Positions 10,781 through 21,600 of a stretch of DNA of 64,000 bases are shown here, piece after piece. The stretch spans positions 514,391 to 578,390 of the forward strand of contig CBDCKN010000003.1 in assembly GCA_965218295.1 (NCBI GenBank), read 5' to 3'. This DNA is from Longimicrobiales bacterium (GTDB lineage Bacteria > Gemmatimonadota > Gemmatimonadetes > Longimicrobiales > Gaopeijiaceae). The translations under genes and the position numbers were made by a program. The stretch's first letter is position 1. The number at the start of each line of letters is the position of its first letter. The notes beneath the pieces were generated by a model. The model worked only from the letters and a program-made list of their open reading frames with translations. It was not told the DNA's origin and made no database searches.

Positions 10781-11717
10781 GTGTACATTACTACCGCTGT
10801 CATCGGGGCTGGCCATGCGGGGTTGGCCATGAGCCGCTGCCTCGCCCACCGCTCGATCGACCATGTGGTCCTCGAGCGGGGCGAGGAGCCACCCGGCTCG
10901 AGCTGGTCCGGGTTGCGGTAATCCATCGGCGTGAGCATCGCGATCGAGGACGGCACCGCTCGTGCTGGTCGTCGGCGCCTCGGCCACCGGCACACAGATC
11001 GCCGATGAGGTCCACCGTTCGGGCCGGCCCGTGACCCTCGCGGCGGGCGAGCACATCCGGGCGCCCCGCGTCTATCGGGGCAAGGACATCGAGTGGTGGA
11101 TGGACGTCGCCGGGGTGCTCGACGACCACTATGAAGAGGAGGACAACCTAGCCCGGGCTCGAAGCGTGCCGTCGCTGCAGCTCGCGGGCTCCGATGAGCG
11201 TCGGACCGTCGATCTCAACTCCCTGACGGACATCGGCGTGAAGCTCATCGGTCGCCTTGCCGGTATCAACGACGGCAAGGCACAGTTCTCCGGATCGCTG
11301 CGGAATCAGTGCGCGATGTCCGACCTCAAGATGAACAGGCTACTCGACAGGATCGACGAGTGGGCGACCGAAGAAGCGATCGACGACCAAGTCGATCCGC
11401 CGCACCGCTTCGAGCCGACCAGGATCGAGGCATCGCCGCCGCTCGGCATGGACCTCAACTCCGGTGAGATCCAGACCATCCTCTGGGCCACCGGGTTCCG
11501 CCCCGACCATGCGTGGCTCGACGTGCCGGTCTTCGACCGCAAGGGCCGCATCCGGCACGACGGTGGGGTCGTCGAGGCCCCCGGCATGTACTTGATGGGG
11601 ATCCCGTTCCTCCGGCGTCGCAAGTCGAGCCTCATCGACGGCGCCGCCGACGATGCTCGTGACCTGAGCGTCCACCTGGCGTCCCACCTCGACGAAATCT
11701 CCACACCCCGCCCCTGA
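10781..11717 (+). pseudogene. FAD/NAD(P)-dependent oxidoreductase (FMO/TrkA-like), internally deleted and partly inverted
   Basis: VIGAGHAGLA from 10781, then VLVVGASATG and WATGF; the DYRNPDQL segment lies on the opposite strand. Confidence 0.75.
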
Positions 11718-11759
11718 CGGGCGAGCCGATCACCACGCCACACCCCTGACGACTGGGGC

Positions 11760-12467
11760 TCACGGGAGTGAAGCGAAGACACAGGTATTCCCATCATTCG
11801 TCGGGATGGCTCCCACGGCCGCGCCTATGTTGTAGAACCAGTGGTATCCTTCCAGCCCCAGATCCCTCCAATAGCCGTAGATGGACGCCGTGGTATGAGT
11901 GACCGTGTAGTCGAGATCGGCTTCCAGCATCCTCGCGAGGCGCGATCGAACGCCGTCAGCCCCGATCACGAGATCGGTAGCCACCTCGGTCTCGTGTCTG
12001 TCGGCTCCGGCGATCTTCGCGCCGCGGACCCGACCATCGGGAGCTCGGAGGAGGCCGACCACCGACTGACCGTGCACGACCTCGGCACCGGCAGCCTGCG
12101 CGGCGTCGACGAGCACGCGGTCCACGACGGTCCGCCGCGGAGCATACAGGGCGTCGACACCGTCCCGCGGCTTGATCGAGACTTTGATGGGCTCGGAACC
12201 GTAATGGAAAGTGGTCTTCCGGATTGCGGGCGTCTCGGCCGACCGGATGGCATCCAGCAGGCCCCAGCGGTGCAGTTGGAGCACTCCGGCCCGCATGAGC
12301 GCGTGAGTCGACAAGGTGTCGCTGCCACGCTTGGTCGGGTCGACCACGAGGACTCGCAACCCCCGACGGGCCAGGAGCATCGCGGTGGACGCACCCGCGC
12401 AACGCGCACCGGCAATGACGACGTCGTAGCGGCTCTGCGTGATCGGCGACTGCACGGTGGAGGACAT
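11760..12467 (-). pseudogene. NAD(P)/FAD-dependent oxidoreductase, C-terminally truncated
   Basis: DVVIAGARCAG, DTLSTH and IGADG motifs; ends at 235 aa without the GDA motif. Confidence 0.7.
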
Positions 12468-12489
12468 GGATTGGAACTTGTGGCTTAGC

Positions 12490-12645
12490 TACACGGTCAT
12501 CAAGCGGAATCCCTTCAGTGGGTCAGGTGCTCGGTTCGTTCCGGACCCTATCCCAACCGGCTCCGAGTGGTACGAAAGCGTGGTCGCCGTCGCGGAGTTC
12601 GAGGGGGACGAAGTCGTCGAGATCCGCCTCTATCCGATCGAGCAT
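12490..12645 (+). pseudogene. CapA-family protein C-terminal fragment
   Basis: WYESVVAVAEFEGDEVVEIRLYPIE resembles CapA C-termini. Confidence 0.45.
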
Positions 12646-12688
12646 CTCCCCGGGCTCTCGGCACCGTTTGGCACCCGGTAACGGGACA

Positions 12689-13150
12689 CTAGCTTCCGGA
12701 GATGGCCGAAAGATCGACCCAGCTGCGCGACGCCAGTGGCCGCACCCGCGTGAGGCTCGAGTTGATGACGGCCCGGCTCACCGCGCACGTCGAATTCGTG
12801 ACAACCGATCCGCCCACGAGAGCCTGGGCTTCGAAGCTGGCGTTGCTGGCCATGACCCCACCGTAGACCCGGTTCCTCGAGCCCTGGGTCGACATGCTTC
12901 CCTGTACGATTATGATGCCGTAGAAGACGAAGTTACCCCGTAGATCGAGGTCTCCATCCACTAGCATGACTCCCTGGCCCACGCCTCCACCGTTGACATG
13001 GATGATGGGGTACCAGTTGAAGCACGCCGCTCCGGGGTTCTCGGGATTGCCCCAGTTGCTGGAGAACGCCTGGCCCGTATTGCAGGCACCGGCGTTAGTG
13101 CTGTCGGGAGCCGTGCCGTTGATGTTTCCGCCAGCGAGGCGGATGCTCGT
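12689..13150 (-). pseudogene. PilX-like pilus assembly protein, C-terminal fragment at the island boundary
   Basis: NWG.P, GQGVMLVDGDL..GNFVFYGIIIV.G, CAV.RA and RSWVDL; 5' part replaced by integrase-adjacent sequence. Confidence 0.55.
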
Positions 13151-13229
13151 AGATCCGTATCCTGTTGCGAATATTCCAGTTACGAGATTGACTGGCTGGA
13201 TTCCCGCCACTTGATTCCCGCCGATTGGA

Positions 13230-14393
13230 TCAGCCGCGAATTCTCCGGCGTCTCTCGAGCGCCTTCCTGAGCTGTCCCTCGTCCGGCCGCTGGTAGCACT
13301 GGAGCACGGTTTGGGCCGTCTTCCAGCCGCCGAGTTCGCAGAGCACCTTGAGCGGCTGGTCCATGAGATCCGAAGCGAACTTCCGCCTCAGGGAGTGCCA
13401 GCCTCTGCCGGGCTTCGGGTCGAGTCCCGCGAGGTTCTGGGCGTTCTTCCACCAAACGCGCGCCAGTGCGGAGCCCACGCACGCCGAGGGATTCCTGGCC
13501 GCGGGCAGCAACGGCGTGTCTCCGATCCCGGGGTTCCTCTTTCGCGCCTCTTCCAGGGCGGCGATCGCCTCGGCGGTCACCGGCGTCCGGTGTTCGTAGC
13601 CCGACTTGTCGTGCTCCGCGCGCCACCGCACCACCCCGCGTTCAAGGTCGATGTCCGACCACCGGAGCTGGCGGATGGCACCGATGCGGTGACCCGTCTC
13701 GTGCGCGACCACCAGCGCGACACGAAACCGCCAGTCGATCTGGCAGGACACCTTGAGAAGCACCTGGTACTCCTCCTCGGCAAGGACGACCCGGACCGGG
13801 TTCTTCTCCTTGGGCGCCTTGAGGCCCTTCAGCGGGTTCGAGTCAAGCAACAGGCGGCCATGCTCGTCCCTCGACTTCGCAGCCCAGTTGAGGACCGCGA
13901 TCAAGAACTTCAGGTCGTATTCGATCGTCCGGTCGGACACCGGCCTACCGCTCGGGCCGACCTTGCCCGACCGCCGCGCCCGGATGAACCGGTCCCAGTC
14001 GCGCTGGGAGAACGAAGCGGGTTTACGGTCCCTGCCGAAGCACCCGAGGAACATCCTCGTCGCGGCCCGGTCGTGCATCCGGGACCGCTCACTCTTGGTG
14101 GGCGTCACCTCTTCACCATAGATGTCAAAAAGCGTCCCCAGCGTGAGCGGCTCGGGCTCGGCTTCGGCCTTGCCATGCATCTCCGGCCCGGCGAAGCCCA
14201 CGGCGAACTCGTCCGCCTGCTTCTTCGCCCGTGCCCATTCCCGGTGCTTGAGCGACCTGCTGAGCCTGCGCCCGTTCGCGCGCCACTCGATCTGGAACAA
14301 GCCGGTCTTGGGATCGGGAAAGACCCGTACCCGGTTCCGGCCCCATTCGCCAGCGGCGTAGCTGCGCTGGCTTCGTTTCGTGCGTGCCATCAT
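13230..14393 (-). CDS. Tyrosine recombinase/integrase
   Basis: Catalytic R (TGHRIG), K (HDKS), HSLRR, GGW and Y (QCYQ); N-terminal arm-binding-like region. Confidence 0.9.
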   Translation of the reverse strand: MMARTKRSQRSYAAGEWGRNRVRVFPDPKTGLFQIEWRANGRRLSRSLKHREWARAKKQADEFAVGFAGPEMHGKAEAEPEPLTLGTLFDIYGEEVTPTKSERSRMHDRAATRMFLGCFGRDRKPASFSQRDWDRFIRARRSGKVGPSGRPVSDRTIEYDLKFLIAVLNWAAKSRDEHGRLLLDSNPLKGLKAPKEKNPVRVVLAEEEYQVLLKVSCQIDWRFRVALVVAHETGHRIGAIRQLRWSDIDLERGVVRWRAEHDKSGYEHRTPVTAEAIAALEEARKRNPGIGDTPLLPAARNPSACVGSALARVWWKNAQNLAGLDPKPGRGWHSLRRKFASDLMDQPLKVLCELGGWKTAQTVLQCYQRPDEGQLRKALERRRRIRG

Positions 14394-14459
14394 TCGATTG
14401 GCGATTGTATATATCTTGCACGGCTGTCCCTATCGCAGTATATTGATTGTATGGCATCG

Positions 14460-14621
14460 TTACTCGGTTTTCGGCTCTTTCGGCTCGCTTTCCTGAGCCA
14501 CGCGTTTCAACTCCTTCACGACGCGTTTGCTGAACACCTTCTGCATGATCTCGTCTCCCGTGAGTTTGCTCACGTCCTTGGGGAGCCGGTCCTTCTCTCT
14601 GCGCTTGGTGGAATCAACCAT
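14460..14621 (-). CDS. Small basic hypothetical protein inside the IS1595 element
   Basis: 53-aa ORF divergent from the transposase, sharing the CATG start tetranucleotide. Confidence 0.35.
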   Translation of the reverse strand: MVDSTKRREKDRLPKDVSKLTGDEIMQKVFSKRVVKELKRVAQESEPKEPKTE

Positions 14622-15531
14622 GTCTAGCACCGCCAATATCAATCTGATGTCGTTGATGGATCGCTTCGGAACCGAAGAGACCTGCCGGGAATACCTCGAA
14701 AAGCTGCGCTGGCCGTCTGGTGTCGCCTGCCCGCGTTGCGGTGACATGTCCGTATCCGAGATCACCACTCGGGACCAGTTCGATTGCAACGGATGCCGCT
14801 ACCGCTTCTCTGTGACCTCGGGGACGATCTTCGACAACACCAAGCTTCCTCTGCGGAAGTGGTTCGTGGCCATGTACCTGATGATCGAGTCTAAGAAGGG
14901 GATCAGCGCGAACCAGATGAAGCGCACCCTCGGAGTCTCCTACAAGACCGCTTGGCACCTCTGTCACCGCATCCGTGAGGCCATGACTACCGACCGCTTC
15001 GAGGGACCGACGCTGTTCGGGATCATCGAAGTGGACGAGACGTTTGTCGGTGGTCGCCAGCGAGGCAAGGGCAGAGGACCCTACTCGACGACCAACAAGT
15101 CCATCGTCGTGGGTGCCGTGCAGCGTGACGGGCGCGTCCGCCTGGAGCGCATCCCGAACACGAAACGGGCCACCTTGGACGACTTCATCAAGCGCACCGT
15201 CACCGATGAAGCCCTCGCCATCTACACCGACGAGTTTCCGGCCTACCGTGGCCTCGGGGACCGTATGGGCATCGAGCATGACACCGTGCAGCACAACCTC
15301 GACGAATGGGTCGTGGGCGATGTCCACACGAACAGCGTCGAAGGCATGTGGAGCCTGTTCAAGCGTTCCGTCATGGGTGCCTTCCACAAGATCAGCGTGA
15401 AGCATATGGACCGTTACCTCGAAGAGCTTGAATGGCGCTTCAACAACAGGGATAACCCGCTCATTTTCCGGGATCTTCTTCTTCGGATTCTTGACGGGAA
15501 GGCTCTTCGCTATCGAAGCTTGACGGCATAG
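14620..15531 (+). CDS. IS1595 family transposase
   Basis: Zn ribbon CPRC..CNGC, SYKTAW, EVDETFVGG, IYTDE, VHTNSVEG and YLEELEWRFN. Confidence 0.95.
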   Translation: MSSTANINLMSLMDRFGTEETCREYLEKLRWPSGVACPRCGDMSVSEITTRDQFDCNGCRYRFSVTSGTIFDNTKLPLRKWFVAMYLMIESKKGISANQMKRTLGVSYKTAWHLCHRIREAMTTDRFEGPTLFGIIEVDETFVGGRQRGKGRGPYSTTNKSIVVGAVQRDGRVRLERIPNTKRATLDDFIKRTVTDEALAIYTDEFPAYRGLGDRMGIEHDTVQHNLDEWVVGDVHTNSVEGMWSLFKRSVMGAFHKISVKHMDRYLEELEWRFNNRDNPLIFRDLLLRILDGKALRYRSLTA

Positions 15532-16939
15532 CCAGCCGCTTCAATGACTCCTGAATAAGCTCAAAGTCCTTCACGTAGCCCGGACCGCTTGCGTTATACG
15601 CTCGGCTCTTCTCCAAGAGCGTATCTTTGGCCTCATCCACTTTGGCACGACTAGCACCCCCCGTCTCCACCTCCGCAACGACATCGACGAAGTGATCGCG
15701 GGCTCGCTTCAACTGCTCCGCCGGTGGGTAGACAGAGAGGTCGCCCAACTCAAGCGCCTTCAGGGACTCTTCGTACTCGCCGCCCGATTTCCCGAGGACG
15801 GCCCCAAGATCAACCCCCAATTGCTTCGCAGCCCGCTTGATATCGCGTCGCAAGAGGCCGCGCATGTGTCCATGGGAACCCACAGCAATCAGGTCAACGG
15901 GGCCGTACTTCTTCTCGACCGCCTCTATCGTTTCCTCGCTCAGGAAGGGCTTCATCTCAGGGTAGTGTTCCCCGTACATGAAGCTCAGTCGCTCCATGAG
16001 CAGACCAGCGTCTACGGGGTTCAGTGGTGCCTTCACGGCCCCCCACCAGGCCCTTAGCCGCTCCTCACGGTCTACCAGGCCCATCTCGCGGATGTCGCCC
16101 GGAACGGGGATTAAGACAACACCCCGGTTGGGGGCGTCAGGAATAGAATCGGGATCGACTTCAATCCCATGGTCGTTCTTCAGGTGGCGGACCAGTAGAC
16201 TCTTGTCGAGGTTCTTGAACGGGCATTGCCCGCACTCGTAGTTGGGATACTGATTCCAACGGGAAACCCTGTAGGGTGCCGTCTCGGGATGAACTGTTGT
16301 TGACGCCTTCTCAGATGCAAGCGGCGAGGCGAGACTCGGTAGAGGCGGTAGCCGAGTCCGCGCATACCAAGGGGTGCGCCATTCTTCCCACCGCCATCCC
16401 GCGTGATATCGGCGATGGTGGCAGGAGAAAAAGAAAGTGCACTGGACGGCACGTATGTTCTCGCCCGTAACCCGTAGCGTAATGAGGGTTATGCCCCCCT
16501 CCCAGATTTTGTGAGGGCCGAGGCGGGCCACCGGATGCGGGAAGTCAGCGCACACCACTTCGATCCCTGGGTCGTCATCAGCGACAATATCGAGTAGATC
16601 GCCGCCCGTGTCTTGCCAGTGCAGGCGGATTGTTGGGATATCGGAGCGGCGGTGGACACCACCTGGCCTAATCTCACGAACGGACACAACACGCACGGCA
16701 CATTTCTTTGCAGCCACCCGACCCTTGTTGTGGATCTTTACGCGAGCCCGGAAACCCTGGCTTGCATCGTAGCGTGGCTTGGGGCGCACGATGGGCCGAT
16801 ATGCACGAAGCGACTCCGCGATTCCCAAAGCGCCGCCCACGAGAAGGGTTGCCCCAAGGATGCCAAAACCAGCTATCACGGCAGCTCCGGCGGCGCACAC
16901 GGCGCTCCAGAGAGTGATATGCCCGGTCTTGTCTTCCAT
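15461..16939 (-). CDS. Passenger protein: N-terminal TM segment, beta-rich domain, C2H2 zinc finger
   Basis: 492-aa ORF within the IS; YECGQCPFKNLDKSLLVRHLKNDH = C-x2-C-x12-H-x4-H. Confidence 0.6.
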   Translation of the reverse strand: MEDKTGHITLWSAVCAAGAAVIAGFGILGATLLVGGALGIAESLRAYRPIVRPKPRYDASQGFRARVKIHNKGRVAAKKCAVRVVSVREIRPGGVHRRSDIPTIRLHWQDTGGDLLDIVADDDPGIEVVCADFPHPVARLGPHKIWEGGITLITLRVTGENIRAVQCTFFFSCHHRRYHAGWRWEEWRTPWYARTRLPPLPSLASPLASEKASTTVHPETAPYRVSRWNQYPNYECGQCPFKNLDKSLLVRHLKNDHGIEVDPDSIPDAPNRGVVLIPVPGDIREMGLVDREERLRAWWGAVKAPLNPVDAGLLMERLSFMYGEHYPEMKPFLSEETIEAVEKKYGPVDLIAVGSHGHMRGLLRRDIKRAAKQLGVDLGAVLGKSGGEYEESLKALELGDLSVYPPAEQLKRARDHFVDVVAEVETGGASRAKVDEAKDTLLEKSRAYNASGPGYVKDFELIQESLKRLAMPSSFDSEEPSRQESEEEDPGK

Positions 16940-17350
16940 GCACCGGAAGCTAACTGATGCGCAGTATCCCGTGCAACAGGGTTACAATCACCATTCGATT
17001 CCTCTCTCGATGATGGACTGCACGATCTGCGCATCGGAAACTTGGGGTGCGAACGGCTTCTTGACCAGTGGCGTCGGCGGGCTCATGGACGTTGGGCTGC
17101 CTGTTCGGCCCACGAGGGCGAACACCCGAAGGCCGGTCCCAGTCCTTGACCCGCCGAGCCGGATGCTTCGCGACTCGCGAGTTCGGGAAGGCCATCGGTC
17201 ACCTGGGACGGGCGCGTCCCGGACTTGGCGGCTTGGGCTGTGGCCCGAGCCATCGGGGGTACCCCGGCCTTGCTCGGTGATGCCCGGCTGCCAGACGGCC
17301 GGCCGGCCGGCGAACGGGTGATCCGCCGCCTCGAAGCGGCGCTCAAACCG

Positions 17351-17466
17351 CCTTCCCGCGTAGGGATTGATGGATCGGGAGCGACCCCAAGGGACGGGGG
17401 CAGGGGTGTGAAAACACACCTGCCTCCGAACCCGTACCAGGCCCTCGGACTGGGGGGTCGCTCCCG
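17351..17466 (+). repeat. Structured three-way-junction element, copy 1
   Basis: CCTTCCCGCGTAGGGAT leader, then GGGAGCGACCCC...GGGGTCGCTCCC outer stem with internal hairpins. Confidence 0.75.
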
Positions 17467-17649
17467 TCCCGGTCAGTGCTGCCCGTGCGGCGCTGACCGA
17501 CCCGGCCGCGAAGGCGCAAGACGCGCTAATTCAATTGTAAGTTGTTGTTATATAATGATTTACTACTGACCAGTCTCACCACATTCCCTCATTAAATCCC
17601 TCTTCTGCGGCGGGAATTCATGGGGCAGTCCAAGACGTCTTCGGACGCG

Positions 17650-18056
17650 TGGGCGGTTGTTGAGCGTCAACCCCCGCACCCCTGCCACGATTGAACCCGC
17701 TTGCTCGCTTGCCGCTTGGCATGGCCGCTGCGTCTTCCCGAACGCGCGCCATCCGCACCGCAACCCACTGATGAGCGAGTCTGTGCGGGGCGTTACGGGC
17801 CTTGGACATCCCCCCGGACCGGATGACGATGCACGGCTTCCGGGCGATGGCAAGAACCATTCTCGACGAGATGTTGGGCTTTCGGCCCGACATCATCGAG
17901 CACCAGCTGGCACATGCGGTGCGGGATCCAAATGGACGGGCCTACAACCGCACGGCATTCCTGCCCGAGAGGCGGTGGATGATGGGACAGTGGGCGGACT
18001 ACTTGGACCGACTCAGGGCCGGTGAAGGGGCCCCCGCCCCTGCGACTGCGTCGTAA
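17650..18056 (+). pseudogene. P4-like integrase C-terminal remnant
   Basis: HGFRAMARTILDE, IEHQLAH and AYNRT..LPERR.MM.QWADYLD. Confidence 0.85.
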
Positions 18057-18694
18057 GGCTTCGGAAACCCCACGGGTCCTCCCCCCAGCCGGGCCGACCA
18101 CGCGCAGGGCGGTCGAAGCGTACCTTCACCTGGACCGAGGGGGACGCTGGGGTGACGGTGCCCGCTCCTGCGGTGACGTCTGACACAGCCCGGGTAACCG
18201 ACACTGCCGAGCTATTCGGCCGTGGCAGTGGCAGCGAGGCTCACTGGCGGGTGGATTCTTGGACGTCCCCTCGTCGCGGTGATCGCCGCCACTCGTGCTG
18301 CGCCCCCGTCATCCGGACCCGTAGCGCTGACCGTTGCCACCGAGGGGTCGCTGGACCGTAAAAACCAATAGGCGAAGGAAGAGCTCGTAGGTGCGGATCT
18401 CCAGAGCGCAATTTCCGATGAGCAGCCGACGCCGTATGGGCGCAACACTCAGCGTGCGGCAATCCAGGGCGGTCGTTTCCGTGATGCTTGGCTTGGAGTT
18501 TCTAGTCCCGACGGCGTGCCGGTCTTTGCCGCGCGGACGTGCCGCAGGTTGGCCACGCAGTAGAATGGTGGGAGGTTAGAGTCGCATCTTCAGTTGACGA
18601 CATTAGAACGGGGAAGAGTTTCACGATGGCGCAGGCGATCTTCAGGTCCCACAGCCAATCTCAATCCCGCGCGGTCTGAGAACAGGAAGTAGAT

Positions 18695-21600
18695 GTGCTG
18701 AGTGCTGAAGTGCCCATCCGCGAAGGACAGGTCCTCACCGGACCCCTGTTCAGTGAGCCCATGCAGGTGGAGACGGTTCGCGCCAACGGTCCCGGCGTCT
18801 GGGTGGCAGGCCTTGTGGGCCAGCGTTCAGAGCGGTTCCGGCGAGTCACACTCACGTCCGCTGACATTGCGAAGCTAAGCATCGCCGACTCTGCTCTATC
18901 CTACGATGGCGATGGACGGCTATTGCGGATCGCCCTCCAGGCCTATTCGCTGGGCATTGCCTGGGAGTTCGATCCCTATTTCGGACTTTCCATCTCTCGT
19001 GTGGACCCGCTGCCGCACCAGCTTGAAGCGGTCTACGAGCACCTTCTCAAGCTGCCCAGCGTGCGTTTCCTGCTTGCTGACGACGCGGGTGCAGGCAAGA
19101 CCATCATGGCCGGCCTCCTGGTCCGTGAACTGAAGCTGCGGGGCCTAATTGAACGAGTACTTGTGGTCTGTCCCGCGAACCTGTCGTTTCAGTGGCAGAG
19201 GGAGCTGAAAGAGAAGTTCGACGAGAAGTTCGTCGTGCTGAAGGGCAGCGACATCCGCGATCAGTTCGGGGTCAACCAGTGGATGGAGCAGAAGCAGATC
19301 ATCACGTCGCTCGACCTCGCCAAGCGCACGGAGATTTTTCCTGGCGTACAGCAGGTACACTGGGATCTGGTGATCGTCGACGAGGCGCACCGCATGTCGG
19401 CACGTGACGAGAGCCATAAGAGCCAACGCTACAGGCTCGGGGAGATGCTGCGCGACAGCACCGATCATTTCCTGCTGTTGACCGCCACCCCGCACAAGGG
19501 CGACCCAGAGAACTTCACGCTGTTCCTGCAGCTGCTTGACCGGGACGCCTACGCCGACGTGAAGTCGATCCACGAAGCCATGGATCGGAGGCGGGCGCCC
19601 TTCTACCTGCGGCGCACCAAGGAGGCGATGGTCTATTTTCCGGAGCGCCAGGCCGACGGAGCGTGGACCGCGAAGCCGGTGTTCACCAAGCGCATCCCGC
19701 GCACAGCTGCCTTCGCCATCGATGGCCCGGAGTTCGAGCTCTACCAGAAGATCACCCGGTTCGTGAAACGGCAGAGTGCCCGTGCAGCGGCGGAGGGCGA
19801 CGATCCACGGGCTCGCGCGGTCGGCTTCTTGATGTCGCTATATCAGCGGCGCCTGGCCTCAAGTACGTACGCCATGCGGCGGTCGCTCGAGAATCGAGTG
19901 AGGCGGCTAGAGGAGGGTCTCAAGCGGGCCCAGGATCTGGTGCGTATGGCGCCGCCGGACCTACCCGACTGGGAAGAGCTCGAGGAGTTCGAGGAAGCCG
20001 AGCGTGAGCGTCTGGAGCGAATGCTGGAAGCGGTCACGTTGGCCGGCAACGCCGAGCAGGTACGTGAAGAGGTGGCCGAGCTGCTAGGGCTGGCCGAAGA
20101 GGCGAAGGCCGTCGAAGGCTCGGCCAACGAGGCGAAACTCGGACATCTTCATAAGATCATGCAGGATGAGGGATTCTTCGACCGCCCGGACCAGCGACTG
20201 CTGCTCTTCACCGAGTTCAAGGACACCCTAGACCACTTGATGGAGCAGTTGAAGGCGTGGGGCTTCAGCGTGGGCTGCATCCACGGCAGCATGAAGCCTG
20301 GCTCACGCGACGAACCGGGGAGTCGGCTCTACACGGAACAGCAGTTCCGCGAAGGTGCCATCCAGGTGCTAGTGGCGACCGAGGCGGCCGGTGAAGGCAT
20401 CAACCTTCAGTGCTGTCACATCCTATTTAACTACGACATCCCATGGAATCCGAATCGGCTCGAACAGCGCATGGGCCGCATCCACCGCTACGGACAGCAA
20501 CACGACTGCCTGATCTTCAACTTCGTTGCGACCAACACCATCGAAGGGCGGGTGCTGCAACGCCTCCTGGACAAGCTCCAGGAGATCCGCGATGCCCTCG
20601 ATGACGATGCAGTATTCAACGTCGTGGGCGAGATCTTGCCCTCCGCTCACCTGGAGCGTGTGCTGCGGGACTATTACGCAGGCAAGCTGGGTGACGCCGA
20701 CCTCGAGGAGCGGCTGCTCAAGGATGTGGATGAACGTCATTTCCGAGCCATTTGTCAGACAGCGCTGGAGGGCTTGGCAGCGAAGAAGCTCAACCTGGAC
20801 ATGCTCACTGAGCGGCGGGCCCGGGCCCAAGAGCGACGTGTTGTTCCCGAGAGCATTGCTCGGTTCATCAAGGAATCGGCTCAAGATGCGGCCTTCGCCT
20901 TGAAGCCGGCGAGGGATCTAGCTCATACGTTTCAGCCGGGTCGGACACCGCCCAGCCTGAGAAAGTATGAGCGTGAGCCGGACTGGCGGCTCACCGACTT
21001 GGCGAATCGCTATCCGCGCCTGTCGACCGACCGCGAGACTGCCGAGAAACACAATCTCGAATGGGTGACGCCCGGACATGCGCTATTCGAGGCTCTACGC
21101 CGGCATAGTCTCGACCGCGGCCTGGAAGCCTTCGCCAGGGGCGCCTGCTTCCACTCGCTGGCGCACGACGCGCCAGCGCGGCTCGATTTCTACCGGGCGC
21201 GTGTCGTGGACGGTCTCGGTCAGGTCATCCACGAGCGACTGTTTACCGTGGAGCTGACGGCCGACCGGTCGCCCCGCCTCCGTGAGCCGGATGTACTCGG
21301 TGACATGAGTCCCACCGTCTTGTCCGATGATCTACCGCCCGTGGCCACCCTCGCGGAGCCGACTGCTTGGCTCAACGAGAATGCCCTGGTGCCCTTTATC
21401 GAAGAGGTTCGCGCCGAACGGCTGGCCGAAGTCGAGCGCATCGGCGAACACGTTGAGCTCTCCTTGACCGAGGTTCTACAGCGGATCGACGAGGAGATCG
21501 GCCGTGCCGCAGATGAAGTAGCTAACGAGATCACAGGCGCGGAGGGGCGCCTTACACAGGCAGAAACCCGCCACACGGAGGTGTTGGTGCGGCGCGAACG

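Larger units (their letters stand above)
14400..16992 (+). mobile_element. IS1595-family element carrying a passenger gene (transporter IS)
   Basis: Imperfect TIRs GGCGATTGTATATATCTTGCACGG / rc GGTGATTGTAACCCTGTTGCACGG; 8-bp TSD ATTCGATT at 14392-14399 and 16993-17000. Confidence 0.9.

Noticed and set aside
17377..17465. Structured element as a tRNA or rho-independent terminator
   Set aside because: No T-loop, D-loop or CCA signatures and no U-tract
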